Positions 1-13,989 of a stretch of 64,000 nt of DNA are shown here, one piece after another (within the stretch, counting starts at the first letter, position 1; every line of letters starts with the position of its first letter). The position numbers and the translations under genes were made by a program. Below the pieces are notes generated by a model. That model searched no databases and was not told the origin of the DNA. It worked only from the letters and a program-made list of their open reading frames with translations. The DNA is from the human T2T-CHM13v2.0 reference genome, Homo sapiens: NCBI RefSeq assembly GCF_009914755.1, contig NC_060937.1, one strand, 5' to 3'.

Positions 1-641
1 AGCCTTAGAGTACATGCTTTTCTCTTGGGCTGACTGTGGTCTTTGAAGAGCCTCATTAAAGCTGCATTCAAGGTGGGAGCCCACCTACTATTCAACGGAA
101 GTGGCTCTGCTACCAGCTTCCATAATTGAATTCTAATGAAATAACACAAAATGTAGCTAAAATCCTTTAGATGATCCCACTCATATCCATAGCCCATTAA
201 AAGAGGCAATGAGTCACAGGCTAAGGGTTCTGAAGAGTGCCTTTCTTCACATATGACAAAACAATGGAGGCCCAGTGAGGTAAAACGGTTTGTGCAGAAT
301 TAGAGCTGACTGGCATCCATCTCCTGAGGCTCAGGGTTGCCCTTCACAGAGGAAGCAGCGGACAAGTTGAAAACTGGAAAGGTGGCTTCAAGCTAAGCGC
401 AAACAATACAGTGGTATGTACTGACATCAGCCATAGCCATTCCTGAAGTTGGTCTTTTATAAACTCATGCATTTCACCATCTGATGAGGTAGATGAAACA
501 GGGGTGATTGAACATAGGTTCAAAATGCATCATTCCTTCTGGAAACAAAATCAAGTTGCTCTAAAACTCAGGCTTTTAGATGTGTGACCCCAAAATGCAA
601 GTGTAAGCAATGTAAGTGTCACTCTACATACATTTTATGTA

Positions 642-691
642 ATATATATATATATATATACATACACACACATACACACACACATACACAC
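642..691. repeat. Compound (TA)n/(CA)n microsatellite
   Basis: atatata... followed by catacacacacatacacaca... Confidence 0.9.
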
Positions 692-1039
692 TTCATTAAG
701 CTCCAGTGTATGCATTACTCTGAAAAATCCCTCTCTGCTATCATAACGCTCATTTGTTACATTTTAAGATAAATGACTGAAAGCAAACAGCAATTGTGAG
801 ACAGGAAATCAAATTCCATCAGATACAGAAGTCTGGTACCATCTGCCGAGGGTGCAATGATGAAGTATAAACACAGAGCGCATTTTGAGCCCTCCATAGT
901 GACCTTGTACAAAAGTGCCCAGGAAACAAAGATGATGTGACACATTTTGCGACTTATATATACCAGCTGGATATAAAAGTCATAAAAAGCAAAGGTGATA
1001 TTATATATATTTGACATATATGAACTGGATTGTTTTGTT

Positions 1040-1430
1040 TTAATTTATTTAAATGTTATTTTATGACTATGAAAGTACTGAGAACTAGTGGAAGAAAACT
1101 GGACAAATTAAAAATTTAAATTCCCCATAATCCCTCCATCAAGAGATTATTTTGAACATACAGCTATATTTTCTTCCAAACCTCTCTATACTTATGTATG
1201 TTTGTATAGATAGATAGATAAATAGATGATAGATTTAATAAGGTTTATACAATGTTTTCATTCTTCTCCCAAGTAATATATTTACATGGAAACATGTTTT
1301 ATGGAAAACATGGTATTTTGGTAGGTACCATCATACATAAGCTTATCTGTTAACTATTTCTTATTGTTGAAGGTTCAGGTTATTTCTACCTTTTGGCTAT
1401 TAAACTAACACTACAACTAGCAAAATTTTA
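1040..1430 (-). mobile_element. Old L1 (L1ME-like) 3' fragment, approximate bounds
   Basis: Degenerate motifs such as 'ttattgttgaaggttcaggttatttctaccttttggctattaaa', typical of antisense L1M 3' UTRs. Confidence 0.5.
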
Positions 1431-3439
1431 ACAAAATGCACATTACATTTAATCAATTTAGTTGCCAGGGTTTGCTTCTTCACGTTCCAAATTTGAGTTA
1501 TATATTATGTGATTGTTTTTAATATATTATTTGTGTCTATTACTTTGTTCCTCATTTTGTATATTGTTGATCACTAATTTGTAATACTAATTCTAGTAAA
1601 CGTATGCCAGGCACCGTTCTAAGCACTTTCCATATATTTGCACATAGTACAAAATAATGGGCACAGTGCCCAATGCATACTCAATTATATTTTTTCTTTC
1701 CTCAGCTTTACTCCCCTTAAAAAAAGTAAGTTAAAAAAAAATTGAACCCTTCTTGGAAACAACACAGTCTAAAAGTCTAAGCTTTATAAACTAACCATTA
1801 ACATCTTGTTCAGAATAAAACCCTTTGGGAACTCTATTTGAAATACATCTAGGCTCCCCTGGAAAATGCCTGGCCATCAGTTCTCCCTGCTGAATGCACA
1901 GATGCCTTCCAAGTCTTCTCCCTAATATTATACAGATTCTTTCCTGCATTTACATCTATTGGAAACAGACTGACTTGGAGACATGCTGCCCAGAGACCAG
2001 GCCTAAAGTTATATTCTGTGTATGATTTAATATATTAGGGAGGAAGTTGTATACATAGTAAATAATAATTACAAATATCATTTAAGTATAATGTGGATGC
2101 AGTGCTGTAGATATTAAATACAAATTATTTTTCCTTTTTTCACTCAGTTCAAATAACAGTACCTTCTCAGACCACATGCTGCAGGAAAATAGGCAATTAT
2201 TTCAGCATTATCCAGACATGTCAGCTACTAAAGAATAAATAGCATATTTATCTTTTTAAAATTATGTAGCAGGTTGGAAACAAATGTCATTTTAACAGCT
2301 GGTACCAGAGTTTCCCAAAGAGAGAGAACTGCCTTTGTTTAGGAAAATACCTGGAGAGACTGTTTTAAGTGGGGGAGTATGACCCAAGGAAATGTTTTAT
2401 GTGAAAAACTGCACAACCAACTGATGCTGACTGCTCCATGAGATGCTCATAGAATCTGGAGGGTGGAGAAGATATCAAGAAAGGAGAGAGGGCAAGCCAT
2501 CAGTGAGAGTGGAGGGGGCAGTGGTCAGCAATGGAACAGGATGTTTGATCATGTGGAAAAGGAGGTCAATTTAAAAAATTCCAGTGTCAGGAATGCAGGA
2601 CAGCAGCTGAATGAGTGTTTGGTTCTGCAAGGTAAACTGCCTTAGTCACTGCAAACCTTCAGTGAAGCCATTATACACACCAATGCCTTCTTTGAATGGT
2701 GGTTTTTGTTTTATTTTGGAGTATGCATGAGATAAAGAAATAAGAACAGCTCCAAGAGCTAAGATTTAACAAACAAACAAACAAGATCTAGAGTTTAATA
2801 GGAATATGAAAACAGATCTAGAGTGAACATGAGAACAGGTGCCCCTGGGAAACACCAGAAATCATGGGAAGGACATTGAGCTTCCTACAGAATATAAAGT
2901 TGAGAGTTTGGGTCAACTCTGTGTACATTTCAAGGGAACCTAACATCATAGTTCCATGAAGGGATAGATACAATCTCTAGAGGAGGAGTATAAAATAAAC
3001 AGGATAAAAAGGTGCTTTCCAACGTGCTTGGAGAACTGGACTTAGATTTCATCTATTTCTGCTATTACTTTCTTTTATTCCTTTTTTTCCCCAAGTGCTT
3101 GAGTTTCAGTAGTAATATTTTCACAAGGCCAAACATAAAATAATTTTAAGGAATTCTAAATGAAATCAAGCCATTGTTCTGATGAAAAGTAAGATTTTCT
3201 TTTTACTGGTTATAAAATAGAGTAGCATCAAAACTGAGTTACCTGTATGCAGGCTCTGAGTAAGCTCAGGAGGTAGTAAGGGCTGTCCCTGAGCCTGTGC
3301 TGCCATTGGTCCTTGAATGCTTTTCTGGATTTAGAAATGTCCAGTAAAGAAGAAGCAAGAGTGGCCCTCTCCCTGAAAACTCTATTCATCAGCCCAGCAA
3401 AGAGAGGGTATGTCTCATCAATGTTCTAGCATGTTTTGG

Positions 3440-3885
3440 TCCCACCTCATCTCCCTCCTCACAGTTATCCACTCTTCAAAGCAGAGGAAACAAGCCCCTA
3501 CCGCTGTCAGTGCTTTGACCTGACTCTACTCCACCATGGTCACCAACAACCTCCTAATGATCAAAACCAGCAATCTTCTCTTCATTTCCATGTCTCCACA
3601 CTTGCTCCTGAAGTGTAGTCTTGTCATAAAAACTACTCACCTCACCTTGGAATCTTTGACTCTGTTTATCTTACGTATTCCACTATTGCTCTGATCCTAA
3701 CTTCTTTTTTTTTTTTTTTTTTAAGTTCAGAGGTACAAGTTCAGGGGTACTGAAATGACTTCCAAAAACATTTCTCCAGATTTCTCATCTCTCCCAGCTT
3801 CAAGCCTCTATTTCCAAAAGCATACACTACATGTCCATCTAGATATCTTACTAAATAACTCACTATCTATGTGTCCCAAACAGTG
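3440..3885 (+). mobile_element. L2 fragment, interrupted by a T-tract with a tiny antisense L1-like 3' end at ~3705-3750
   Basis: L2-like 'ggtcaccaacaacctcctaatgatcaaaacc' and 'catgtccatctagatatct...ctatgtgtcccaaa'; T18 + 'aagttcagaggtaca' resembles the reverse of an old L1PA 3' terminus. Confidence 0.5.
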
Positions 3886-4079
3886 GTGGCAACAAGGGAT
3901 GACCAGGTCAAGATTGATCATTTCTCTACTAGGCACCTCTCACAACTATACCAAAGAAAGAAAATCATATGTCCGTACTGCAAATGCAGCAACTTCTTCT
4001 ACCATCTTAGGCCCCACACATATAAATTCAGAAGATGCCACAGAGGCTGACCTTGCCGCTTCTCCTAACCCTGCTTCTT

Positions 4080-4367
4080 TTTTTTTTTTCTTCCTTTGAG
4101 ATGGAGTCTTGCTCTTGTTGCCCAGGCTGGAGTAAAATGGCACGATCTCGGCTCACCGCAACCTCTGCCTCCTAAGTTCAAGAGATTCTCCTGCCTCAGC
4201 CTCCCGAGTAGCTAGGATTACAGGCATGCACTACCATGCCAAGCTAATTTTGTATTTTTAGTAGAGATGGGGTTTCTCCATGTTGGTCAGGCTGGTCTCG
4301 AACTCCCAACCTCAGGTGATCCGCCCACCTTGGCCTCCCAAAGTGCTGGGAGCCACCACGCCCAGCC
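4080..4367 (-). mobile_element. AluS (AluSp-like), with degenerate 17-bp TSD
   Basis: Antisense Alu dimer with 'gctcttgttgcccagg' and 'tttctccatgttggtcagg'; flanks tcctaaccctgcttctt (4063-4079) and tcctatccctacttctt (4368-4384). Confidence 0.95.
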
Positions 4368-4949
4368 TCCTATCCCTACTTCTTACAGGTTATCACATAA
4401 GGAATCTGAGCCACTTCTTATTTTGAAATTATTTCATCTGTCTTAATGTCAGTTTAGTATCTGTAACAATAACTTATTTCATTTTCTTTCCAATGAAATA
4501 TATCTTTATCTCCATAATACTTAGTGTTCCATAATGATATGTGGAATTGAAGGGCTCTCTACAACACAATCTCCTCATGCCCACACCTACCTTCAACATT
4601 TATCTTAAGCTAAGCCACTAAGAGCTTTCTCAAGTTGTGCTTCCTAAAGCTGCAGTTCTCAAAATCCACCCCACATACCTATGAAGCCCATATAGGAAGC
4701 CCCATTTTAAAAATAATTTTTGTAATCGAATAAATATTAGAAACACTTCACACCTCCTCTTGGAGATTCATTCCAACCACTATTAGGTCACACTATTTTC
4801 ACTCATATTCCATTGGCCAAGGCTGATCACATAGCTATCCAATAAAAGTTCTGAGAAGTCATGCAATTAAAAAAAAAAAAAAACCTCTCTAGCTTCTTTA
4901 TGTCAATGTTTTCCAAACCTTTTATTAAGTTATGTTTATTAATATCTGA

Positions 4950-5409
4950 AAAACGTTAGGATTCAGATTATCTATGTTGAAAACTAGTAGTGGTTTAGAT
5001 AAGGTAGGCATTTATCTCTTTCTCTGAGAGAGCACAATCAGCCCAAAGCTTGTATGGTGGTTTCAAGGCTCCTTCTATCTTGTTGCTCTGTGGTCCTGCA
5101 AAAGCAACTTTTCATCCATGACTGCCCCAGCTCCTGCCATCACGCTCATGTTCCACTCAATGGAGACAAGAAAAGAAGGGGACATATTGCACTCTTTTGA
5201 GCAAATGACCTGGGAATTGGTTACACTATTTTCACTGAAATTCCATTGGCTATGGCTTGATCACATGATCACAACTAGCTACAAGGGAGGCTGGGAAATG
5301 TAGCCTTTAGCGACATGATCTTATGCTCAGCTGAAACCTCTTTTATTACTTTAAAAAGAAGAAGAAGAGAACAGAAAATGGAGAAGAATTTGTAGTCTCT
5401 GCTATAACA
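4950..5409 (-). mobile_element. MaLR solo LTR, MLT1J-like
   Basis: 'ggctccttctatcttgttgctctg' and 'ccattggct...tcacatg...ctagctacaagggaggctgggaaatgtag' match old MLT1 consensus blocks. Confidence 0.75.
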
Positions 5410-5794
5410 GGTCCAGAACCCCTTCTGGTACATGCTGGGCTAAAGACCTGATGAATGAGAATAAGATTATGGAGGATGCATATTAAGTGATCTAGAAGGA
5501 AGTGTTTTACCAGCAATATCTAACATCTTCAAACGTTCACATTGAAAAACAGTCCTTTGCCATCAATTTTATTTCACCATTTCTTCAAATTTAGTGTAAA
5601 TTCCAACCATTCTTAGAAAATTCCTTTATTAAATATTTTTAAATATTTTCAAAGATTTACAGTAAACAATTTCTCTGAACCTACTGTCCACTGTAACCAT
5701 ACTTCATTGAAAAAATGCAATCAAAATTTCTTTTCTCTAACGGTGTGTATACAAAAGGGAAACATTCAATTACATTAAATAATTTGTTTCACTC

Positions 5795-5990
5795 CCTAAT
5801 CCTTAAATTCAGGTCTGCCACTCACTAGCTTTGTAACCATAAGCAGGTCAGTTGATTTTTCCAAGTATCAATTTCTGAGTCTCATTTCCTCTGTAAAATG
5901 AAAATAATGCATACTGCAGTATTGTTGTGGGGTTTAAATGGAATAATGCATATATATGTCAGTACGTAGTAGGTAGTCAATCATCGTTGG
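5795..5990 (+). mobile_element. MIR
   Basis: 'tctgccactcactagctttgtaacc...ctgtaaaatgaaaataat...ttgttgtggggtttaaatg' MIR core. Confidence 0.75.
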
Positions 5991-6914
5991 CACTTACTTT
6001 TGCAGGCAAAAAGTAGGTATTATAACTAGATGATCCTTAATATTCTACATTTCTGTGATTTAAAAAATAGTAAAGGGTGGGTAATGCAGAAGTGCTGGCA
6101 CTGGAACTTCAGGCAACACTGTAGTAAATTGGTGCTTTTTCCCCCGCAAGAGAGAGCAGCTTTCTTGATGTCATCTCAAAGTCTAGGAAACAGGTCTTGC
6201 ATACACAAAAGCATATTTCAGATGGCATAGCCAGAATGTCTCCAAATCGCAACTCTGACAAAATCAATTATAAAACTTCATAAGATTATCTTGATCTTAT
6301 AAAGGACTGCCCCTCATGAAGGACTCTATGAAGTCCTCAATAAAATTTGTTGATGACGGGAATGACTTAGGGTTGCTGGGTAAATAAGGCAGAACCTAAT
6401 GATAAATGTAGCAAAGTCTTAATGAAAAAATTCATTAGTAAAGTTTACTTTGGATAAAGTTTAACCTTTGCATAATATGAGCAATAAAGGAATAAACAGT
6501 GCAATGACCTCTCACATTAAAAAATGAAAAAAATATTATTTAAAAATAATGAAATTGGTCTAGATGCTCTCTAGATTTTTTTACTCTAAAATTTTAAGAA
6601 ATTTACAATATTAATTTCAGTGTGAATTTTTTTAGATTAAATACAATTCTATGCATTAAGTACAAGTACAGAAAGCCATCTGAGTTCGACAGTCAGCTAT
6701 AAAATAATAGAAACACAAAACTAAAGCATTCCAGCAGGAATATCAAACATAAATGCTTACTCATGGTTTTGATGCAGACAATCCTACTTTTAAAAAATTA
6801 AATGGTATTTTTTACCGAGGAGTAAAGAAGACCCTAAATAATTAATATAATCATTGGTTCTTATTGCAAATAGTCAATGTTTAAGTCTTAGCTCTCTCTC
6901 ACCCTGTCATTCTT

Positions 6915-6977
6915 CCTTTTCTATTTCTCTCTCTCTCTCCCCCTCCGTCTCTCTCTCCCTCCCTCTTTCTCTTTCTC
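6915..6977. repeat. CT-rich polypyrimidine low-complexity tract
   Basis: ctctctctctccccctccgtctctctctccctccctctttctc. Confidence 0.8.
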
Positions 6978-7704
6978 ACCACTTTGAGCTGTATACATTA
7001 CATTTTTCAAAAAGAAGGAAAAGAAGAGTCACCAAAGACACAAAAAGTACAGAAAAAAGAATGAACCTTGGAGGACTCCATGACTGAACATATTTATTCA
7101 TTTAGAAATTGCAGCCACAAGAACACATCTACTTATACTTTCCTAATGTCAGAGGAAATTTTTTACAGAGCAAAGGATAATACTCATGAGTCCATAATAA
7201 ATCCCTCTGGTGATCTGATTAATGTTCTTGGTACCTGGATTAATACAATTTTTTTGGTTATACATTCTGCTTCGAAGTGAAGACTTATTTTATTAAGAAG
7301 AATTTCTGGAATGTGTGATGTTATATAAATGTATTTCTGGTAGCTATTTTTCTGGAGATAATAAGAATTATAGAAAACTCACTTTCTTGGAATGGTTTAC
7401 ATCCGTGAATTTCAGGAATTAGACTGAACTGACAGTTGGTGGGGTAAATGCTAGTTAAGACTTATATCAACAATAAACTCGGTTCTTCAATAACCTGGAA
7501 GGTTACACTAAGAGTTAATACCACACAATCTCTGCCCTGAATTCTTCTGTATTTTGATATTAAACTGTTTGAGAGTACACTACATTCCAACATTTCTAAT
7601 GATTTTTCTTCACAAACTCTCTACATTTTTAGACCTGTGTTTATTCAGCAAATGGATAAGATAAATCTCTGTGAACTAGCCAAATAATATCTTGATGCCT
7701 TTTA

Positions 7705-7885
7705 ATACATTGATAGCATTTAATCAGTACCCAGCACTGTTCTAAATATTTTAAATACTTACAACTTACAATAGGGTAGGTATTATTTTTATTCCCATTT
7801 TCCAAATGAAAAAATGGAAGCAAAGAGAAAGAAAGTAATTTGCCTAAGGTTACAACAGCTTGTAACACATGAAGTCAAGGCTGAT
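7705..7885 (-). mobile_element. MIR
   Basis: 'cagcactgttctaaat...gggtaggtattatttttattcccattttccaaatgaaaaaatgga...gtaatttgcctaaggttaca'. Confidence 0.8.
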
Positions 7886-8988
7886 ACTTCAAGGCAAAGG
7901 GTTGCAGAGTTGCAGAGATCGTAGTACAAGATAGAGGATTGGTGAGGAAGACTAAGGAGGGGGTACCCCTCATGGAACAGGATTCAATAGCAAAGCAGCA
8001 TCAAGAAGGAAGGAAAACTCACTGGAATTTATATCCAGAACCATTGGTCTGAGACTCCTAAAACATCCTCAGAGAGCAAAATAGGTCTCATTGTTCACAA
8101 CAGGCTCCAACTTGGTAGAGGGAGGTAAGTAGTCTCGTTCATGAATGTTTTTATTTAGGGGCCAGCGTTCCTAAGCAATCATTGCCATATTCTCACCAGG
8201 TTTGTCCACAAGCTCTCTCCTGCATGCATTATGAGCACTAACTATTTAGCACCAACTTCCCTGACCACGTTCTCCCCCGCCCACCAGTCTGCCCCCTCCC
8301 GCTGCCCAGAAAGAAACCCCCTGCTGCCCAAAGCTCACCCATCACATAGGAACTGGTCAAGTTCCACCTCTTCCACAAAATGCCCCCTTTCCTCTTAAAT
8401 ACCTAAATAGCTACAGCATTTGTCATCTGTACTTTACACTCAGTCACATATTTCATTGAAATGTTTTTGCTTCTCTGCATGAGTAACTAACCTGGGAATT
8501 CTCTGAGGCCAATGACCATGTAGTATTACTTCTCTCTATGTATAAGTATTGCTTAACTCATAGTGCTCATCATGGTGTTTGCTCACACAAATTGCCTAAT
8601 GGGTACTTGTTAAATAAATGTATCCGTGAATGTCATAACTTCCATCAACCCACTATTTGTGGTGCATAAGAAAATGCTCAATAAGTCCATACTGACTAAT
8701 GAATTATTTCACTGTTGAGTCAGTAATTGTTTGCAGTATTACAACAAAAGACTGTGATCCTAATCCAGTACTAGTTATTTAAAATAAATAACATTTAATA
8801 TGTGTCAAAGGCACTTTGTATAATTCTACAGGAGCCACACTATGGACTAATCCCTGGGATTCATTTCTAAAGAAGGCAAACATTTTCCTTATTCTCTCAA
8901 GCCTAGTGAGAATACATTGCATCCCTGGTCATTCCCTCCCTATCTTTGACACATACTTGACAATGGTTGTGATATTTGAGCTTTAATA

Positions 8989-9150
8989 GTCATGGGGGAG
9001 GGGGAGGGGGAGGGATAGCATTAGGAGATATACCTAATGTAAATGACGAGTTAATGGATGCAGCACACCAACATGGCACATGTATACATATGTAACGAAC
9101 CTGCACGTTGTGCACATGTACCCTAGAACTTAAAGTACAATAAAAAAAAA
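8989..9150 (+). mobile_element. 5'-truncated primate L1PA 3' end (about L1PA4-5 age) with A tail
   Basis: 'gggagggatagcattaggagatatacctaatgtaaatgacgagttaatgg...cacatgtaccctagaacttaaagta' + A-tract, near-consensus L1PA 3' UTR. Confidence 0.95.
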
Positions 9151-9899
9151 GAACAAACAGAAAACAAAACAGTATTTCAGAGAAAAAAATAGTGATAGCG
9201 ATTAGGAAGAAGGCTAGTAACTCAAGGCTACAGTCCCTGGCTTTGATTTTGCTTTGACCGTTCTGTAAATGTGCATGTACACAGCATGCTTGCATGTACT
9301 GCGTCTGGTGTAATACTAAGACAATGAAATTAAATGTGACTGGAGGTTAAATAGCAAAGCCACCTTAGTTTATGACATTATTTGGATATAATCACTATAA
9401 TCACTATGAACATATCTGTTTCCTAGTAACTACTTAAAAGGTAGACATGCAATTTAGGGGATAATTCTTTCTGAAAACATCTCTATTAAGGCCATGCCTT
9501 TTTTTCTTCTCCTCTGCAAAATGTTTTCGACTTGTGTTTTATTTAAATTTCAGACCAGAATAGTACAGCAGATTACATAGTAACTTATATCTCCACAATG
9601 AGAAAATACCTTAGTTGATCAAATTTCTAATACTGAATGTTTAATTTTTAAATGTTCTTGTTTTTAATCTGAAAGGCTGAAGAAGAGCTAATAAAATATA
9701 TCACATGAAATTTTAAAAGTGAGAGATAAAATGTATGCAGACAATATTATTCCATTTACTTCCATGCTAAACCCCTTACTTTATTACAGACAACTTTGGG
9801 GGGATAATCCTCTGGCCACTGGAGTCCAACTTTTTACCTTTGTCTTCCCACTACCTAAGCACAGCAGAAACTCTCTAATCATCTTCTTATTCCAAACAT

Positions 9900-9960
9900 C
9901 AGATGCAGTGCCTGGCACACAGTAGGCATTCAGTAGTTGTTTGTTCAATAAATAAATGAG
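9900..9960 (+). mobile_element. L2 3' terminus
   Basis: 'cagtgcctggcacacagtaggcattcagtagttgtttgttcaataaataaatga'. Confidence 0.7.
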
Positions 9961-10467
9961 AATCTTTTGAAGCCACACAAATGAACTAATAATATCTTTT
10001 GAGGATGAATGATAAAAAGCATTTGCATCAGAGAATAAAGTAGTCTTTGAAGTTGAATCTCTCTAAGAGTCTAAAAATTCAAAGGCTCTTCTACATGACC
10101 ATGACAGTTTATTTTATTTCAATACTACTTTGAAACAATGACTTCATTTTCTCCAGCTTTTTTATTTTCCTCAATCATAATTAGAAAAGGCTAATAAAGT
10201 GGTCATGTTTATGTAATATTGCCAACTAAAATCTACTGCAAACTGGTGAAAACAACTTGTCACAACTAACAAATAATGTGAGCCTTATTCTCACATATCC
10301 TGTTATTCACAATAATTAACAGAAAAACTGGTTCAAAGATCTAACTTTGTATTAATTCTAAGTGCAGCATAAGAGATTTACTTTTTTACTATTCCATAAT
10401 AATATTCATAGAATTAAAACAAAACAAGTACTTTGACTCTCTCAGAAGAAAAATATTATTCCCATAA

Positions 10468-10995
<528 letters not shown>

Positions 10996-11379
10996 TAAAT
11001 GCCAAGGTTAGCCAATGAAAGCCTGGGCATTATAGGATGTCACTAAATTGATTTATTGACCCTTTGCCTTACAACACCTTCAACATCAGAGAAGTAGGGA
11101 TTCAGTCAGAAACTCCTCAACACTTAGTATTACTAGAATTATGTTACCAATTAAAATTTGTTCATCACTCCTTGAGTGTGGTCTCTTGTGAGCCCTGTAA
11201 AGAATTAAACAAAAAGTGATGAAGGTTTTAATTCCACCATGGGTCTGCTTGCCATCACTATATTTCTAGATCTCATTGTACACATTCATACATTGATACA
11301 CCATTCATTCCCAGCATTTCCCACATGCTTACTTTTAATGGTGTGATAATCTGATTAATGGCTTTCTAGACCATTAGAA

Positions 11380-11696
11380 AACCCATTGAAACTCTTTTGG
11401 TAAAGAGCTAAAATTAAATATTTTAGGCTTTGTGCACCAAAAGTTATTTGATGTAACTACTCAAGTTGGACATTATAACATGAAAAACATCATAGGCAAT
11501 ATGTAAAAGAATAAGGATGGCTATGTTATGATAAAATTTTATTTCAGTGTCTGTACCCCTAAATTAAATTCACATAATTGTTTACATGACACAAAATACT
11601 AGTCTTCTTTTAGTGTTTTTCAGTCTTAGCTTGAGGGTTGTACGAAAACCAGTAGGAGGTAGGTTCAGCTTGCAGATCGTAGTTTGCTGACCCCTG
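11380..11696 (-). mobile_element. MER58B-like hAT-Charlie non-autonomous DNA transposon
   Basis: 'aaatattttaggctttgtg...aactactcaa...ggatggctatgtt...ataaaattttattt', ending 'tagtttgctgacccctg' (TIR). Confidence 0.8.
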
Positions 11697-11887
11697 CATT
11701 AGACTTTCAGACCCATAAGAAGAGATTCTGTGTCATATCTTAATTTGCCAACATAGGTACAGGCCTTAGACAATGCTCTATACATTGTACATGCTCAACA
11801 CATGCTTAGAGGATGAATCACTGCTAAATAATTTATGGTTCTCTTAATACCATGGTTACCTTGTTCGTGTGTGAATGATTTTTTTGG

Positions 11888-11950
11888 TCTCTCTCTCTCT
11901 CTCTTTCCCTCCCTCTCTCTCTCTCTGCCTTTCTCTCTCTCTTTCTTTCT
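11888..11950. repeat. (TC)n-rich polypyrimidine tract
   Basis: tctctctctctctctctttccctccctctctct... Confidence 0.85.
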
Positions 11951-12107
11951 AAGATTCTAGTGAAGTCAGAACGTGGTAGCCTGAGAGGGTTATTCTATTC
12001 TTAAAGGGTAATTCTTACTTTAAAAGGTAAGTTATTTCTATTAAGTTCAGGATATTTAGAAAGAGACTTAGTTTTCAAAGAAGAGCTCAGTTGAGTAACT
12101 CAAATGG

Positions 12108-12469
12108 TACAATGAACTGAATGATTATGTCCCTTCAAAATTCACATGTTGACAGTCTAATCCCCAAGGTAATGGGATTACGAAGTGAGATTTTTGGGAG
12201 GTGCTTAGGTCATAAGACTGAAGCCCTCACAAATGGGATTAGTGCCTTTATAAAGGAAACAGACAGCTCTCTTGTCCCTTCTACCACCTGAGGAAGCAAG
12301 GAAAAGGCACTGTCTAAGAGCCAGAGTATGAGCCCTCACCAGACACCTACCCTGACAGTGCCTGGATATTGGACATCCCAGCTTCCAGAACTGGACAATA
12401 AACTTCTGTTTAGCTTATAAGCTACCCATCTTAGGGTATGTTTTATAGCAGCCTGAGCAGACTAAGACA
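12108..12469 (+). mobile_element. MaLR solo LTR, MLT1A/MLT1A0-like, perfect 5-bp TSD AATGG
   Basis: 'gccctcacaaatgggattagtgcctttataaa...ccctcaccagacacc...agactaagaca'; aatgg at 12103-12107 and 12470-12474. Confidence 0.9.
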
Positions 12470-13989
12470 AATGGTAATAAGCCACACAGCACATCATCAA
12501 AATTGTCACTGCTACCTTCCTGGAGCAGCCTGAGTGCAACAGTTAACAGTCTCCTAAGATTGAGAGAAACATATCTTTGGCTCTCTGGACCCGATCTACT
12601 TTGTTCTGGTGCCAACTACCAACTTTTCCATTAAATTCTAGTGCTGTGCCTGAGCCCAGCACCAATGTAGTATTGTGTCCTTCTGCATATGCAAGACTTG
12701 GCTGTGGTCTTCAGCTTTATTCTGGAGTAAGTGATAGGGTACAGCCCCGAGCTAGGTCCAGGGCTACTGTCACTCCTACCAGAGCAGATTTATTGCTGCG
12801 TCCCTCCACAATCCTTAAAATCATATAGTCATTTTCACCCTACGCAGTTGTCACCAGCCCTTGCCACAGCTACCATGCCTACAAAATGACATACCAGCAG
12901 CAAAGGATAACTCTGTCTTTGTGAGACCTACTCTGTGGATCTATGCAAACCTATATAGTTTGAATTGTTCTTTAGGGGAGCATAAGATGTTGCAGAAACC
13001 AAGTACAAATTCTATAACCAATAATATTTTGAAAAATAAAAAGAAAAAATCAAAACAAAGAGAGAGTTAAAATGGAGCAATAGTATTTTATAGCTAGTAA
13101 GCTGCATGTTTTCTTGTGCATGACTCTAAAAGCAGTAAAAAGATGCTTTGCTAAAAAGCATGACTGATAGAAATTTTCTAACTTTTCAGCCACACGCTGT
13201 TGAAAATATTTCTACCAACGAAATCAAACCAGTCTTATAAATTATCTACATTCCTTCATGAACCATCATTTACAAGTTACAATTAAGCCTTTTCTTCTTT
13301 TGAAACTGTCTTTACAAATATTACTCTGGTAATTTTATATATGGGGTTTGGTCCTACCTTCAGATTAGAGAAACTGTATTTTGAGTTCTGAGTAGAAGGC
13401 AGAGAGGAACTCGCTAACATGTTCATAGGATTTGGGAGGAAAAAAAGTCTAGAAGTTTTCACAGTGGTGCTAGGAGAAGCTTAAAGGAGTGTATTCCTTC
13501 CCCGTGTCAAGAATGTGTTCTCTATTCACCAGAGTAAATAAATAACTGCATAGGTGTAAATTAAAATAGATAGATCAATAAATAACATTTTTTAGAACCA
13601 GAAAAATCAGCATCCATCAAGCTGAGAGTCCCCACACAATACCATACTGTGGGGTGTGCTATACTGAAGAAACCAAGGAAAGAATGTTAAAGACTTGATT
13701 GGAATAAAATCAGACCCTAAGAATAAGGCTGGGAAAAAAATACAGAGCTCAGAGCCCAGCAGCTACGTACACCTGAAAGGATTCAACAGGTCCCAGGAAG
13801 GTGTCTGCACCTCTGCCCTGACTCCTCCAATGCTCTGGTTTTTACCACCTCAAAAGGGAGGTGGTATCACTTATTGTAGGACCCCAGGCCGACCCTCCTG
13901 CTTGTCCACATGGTGCCTGTGGTGCCTACTTGGACTTAAAGTATAAAACTTGGAAGCATTTAAAGGGTAAGAGAAATGCTTGAGAGTCG

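Noticed and set aside
4841-4883. AATAAA followed ~20 nt later by an A-tract, like a retrocopy end
   Set aside because: No TSD found, and upstream sequence looks like an MLT1 fragment
8104-8124. 21-nt plus-strand microexon ending GAG|GTAAGT
   Set aside because: Poor polypyrimidine tract and opposite to the inferred host strand
8985-9196. Possible TSD (aatagtcat / aatagtgat) implying a short L1PA 3' transduction
   Set aside because: Match is short and imperfect, partly overlaps L1-derived bases, and the intervening A-rich sequence may be decayed tail
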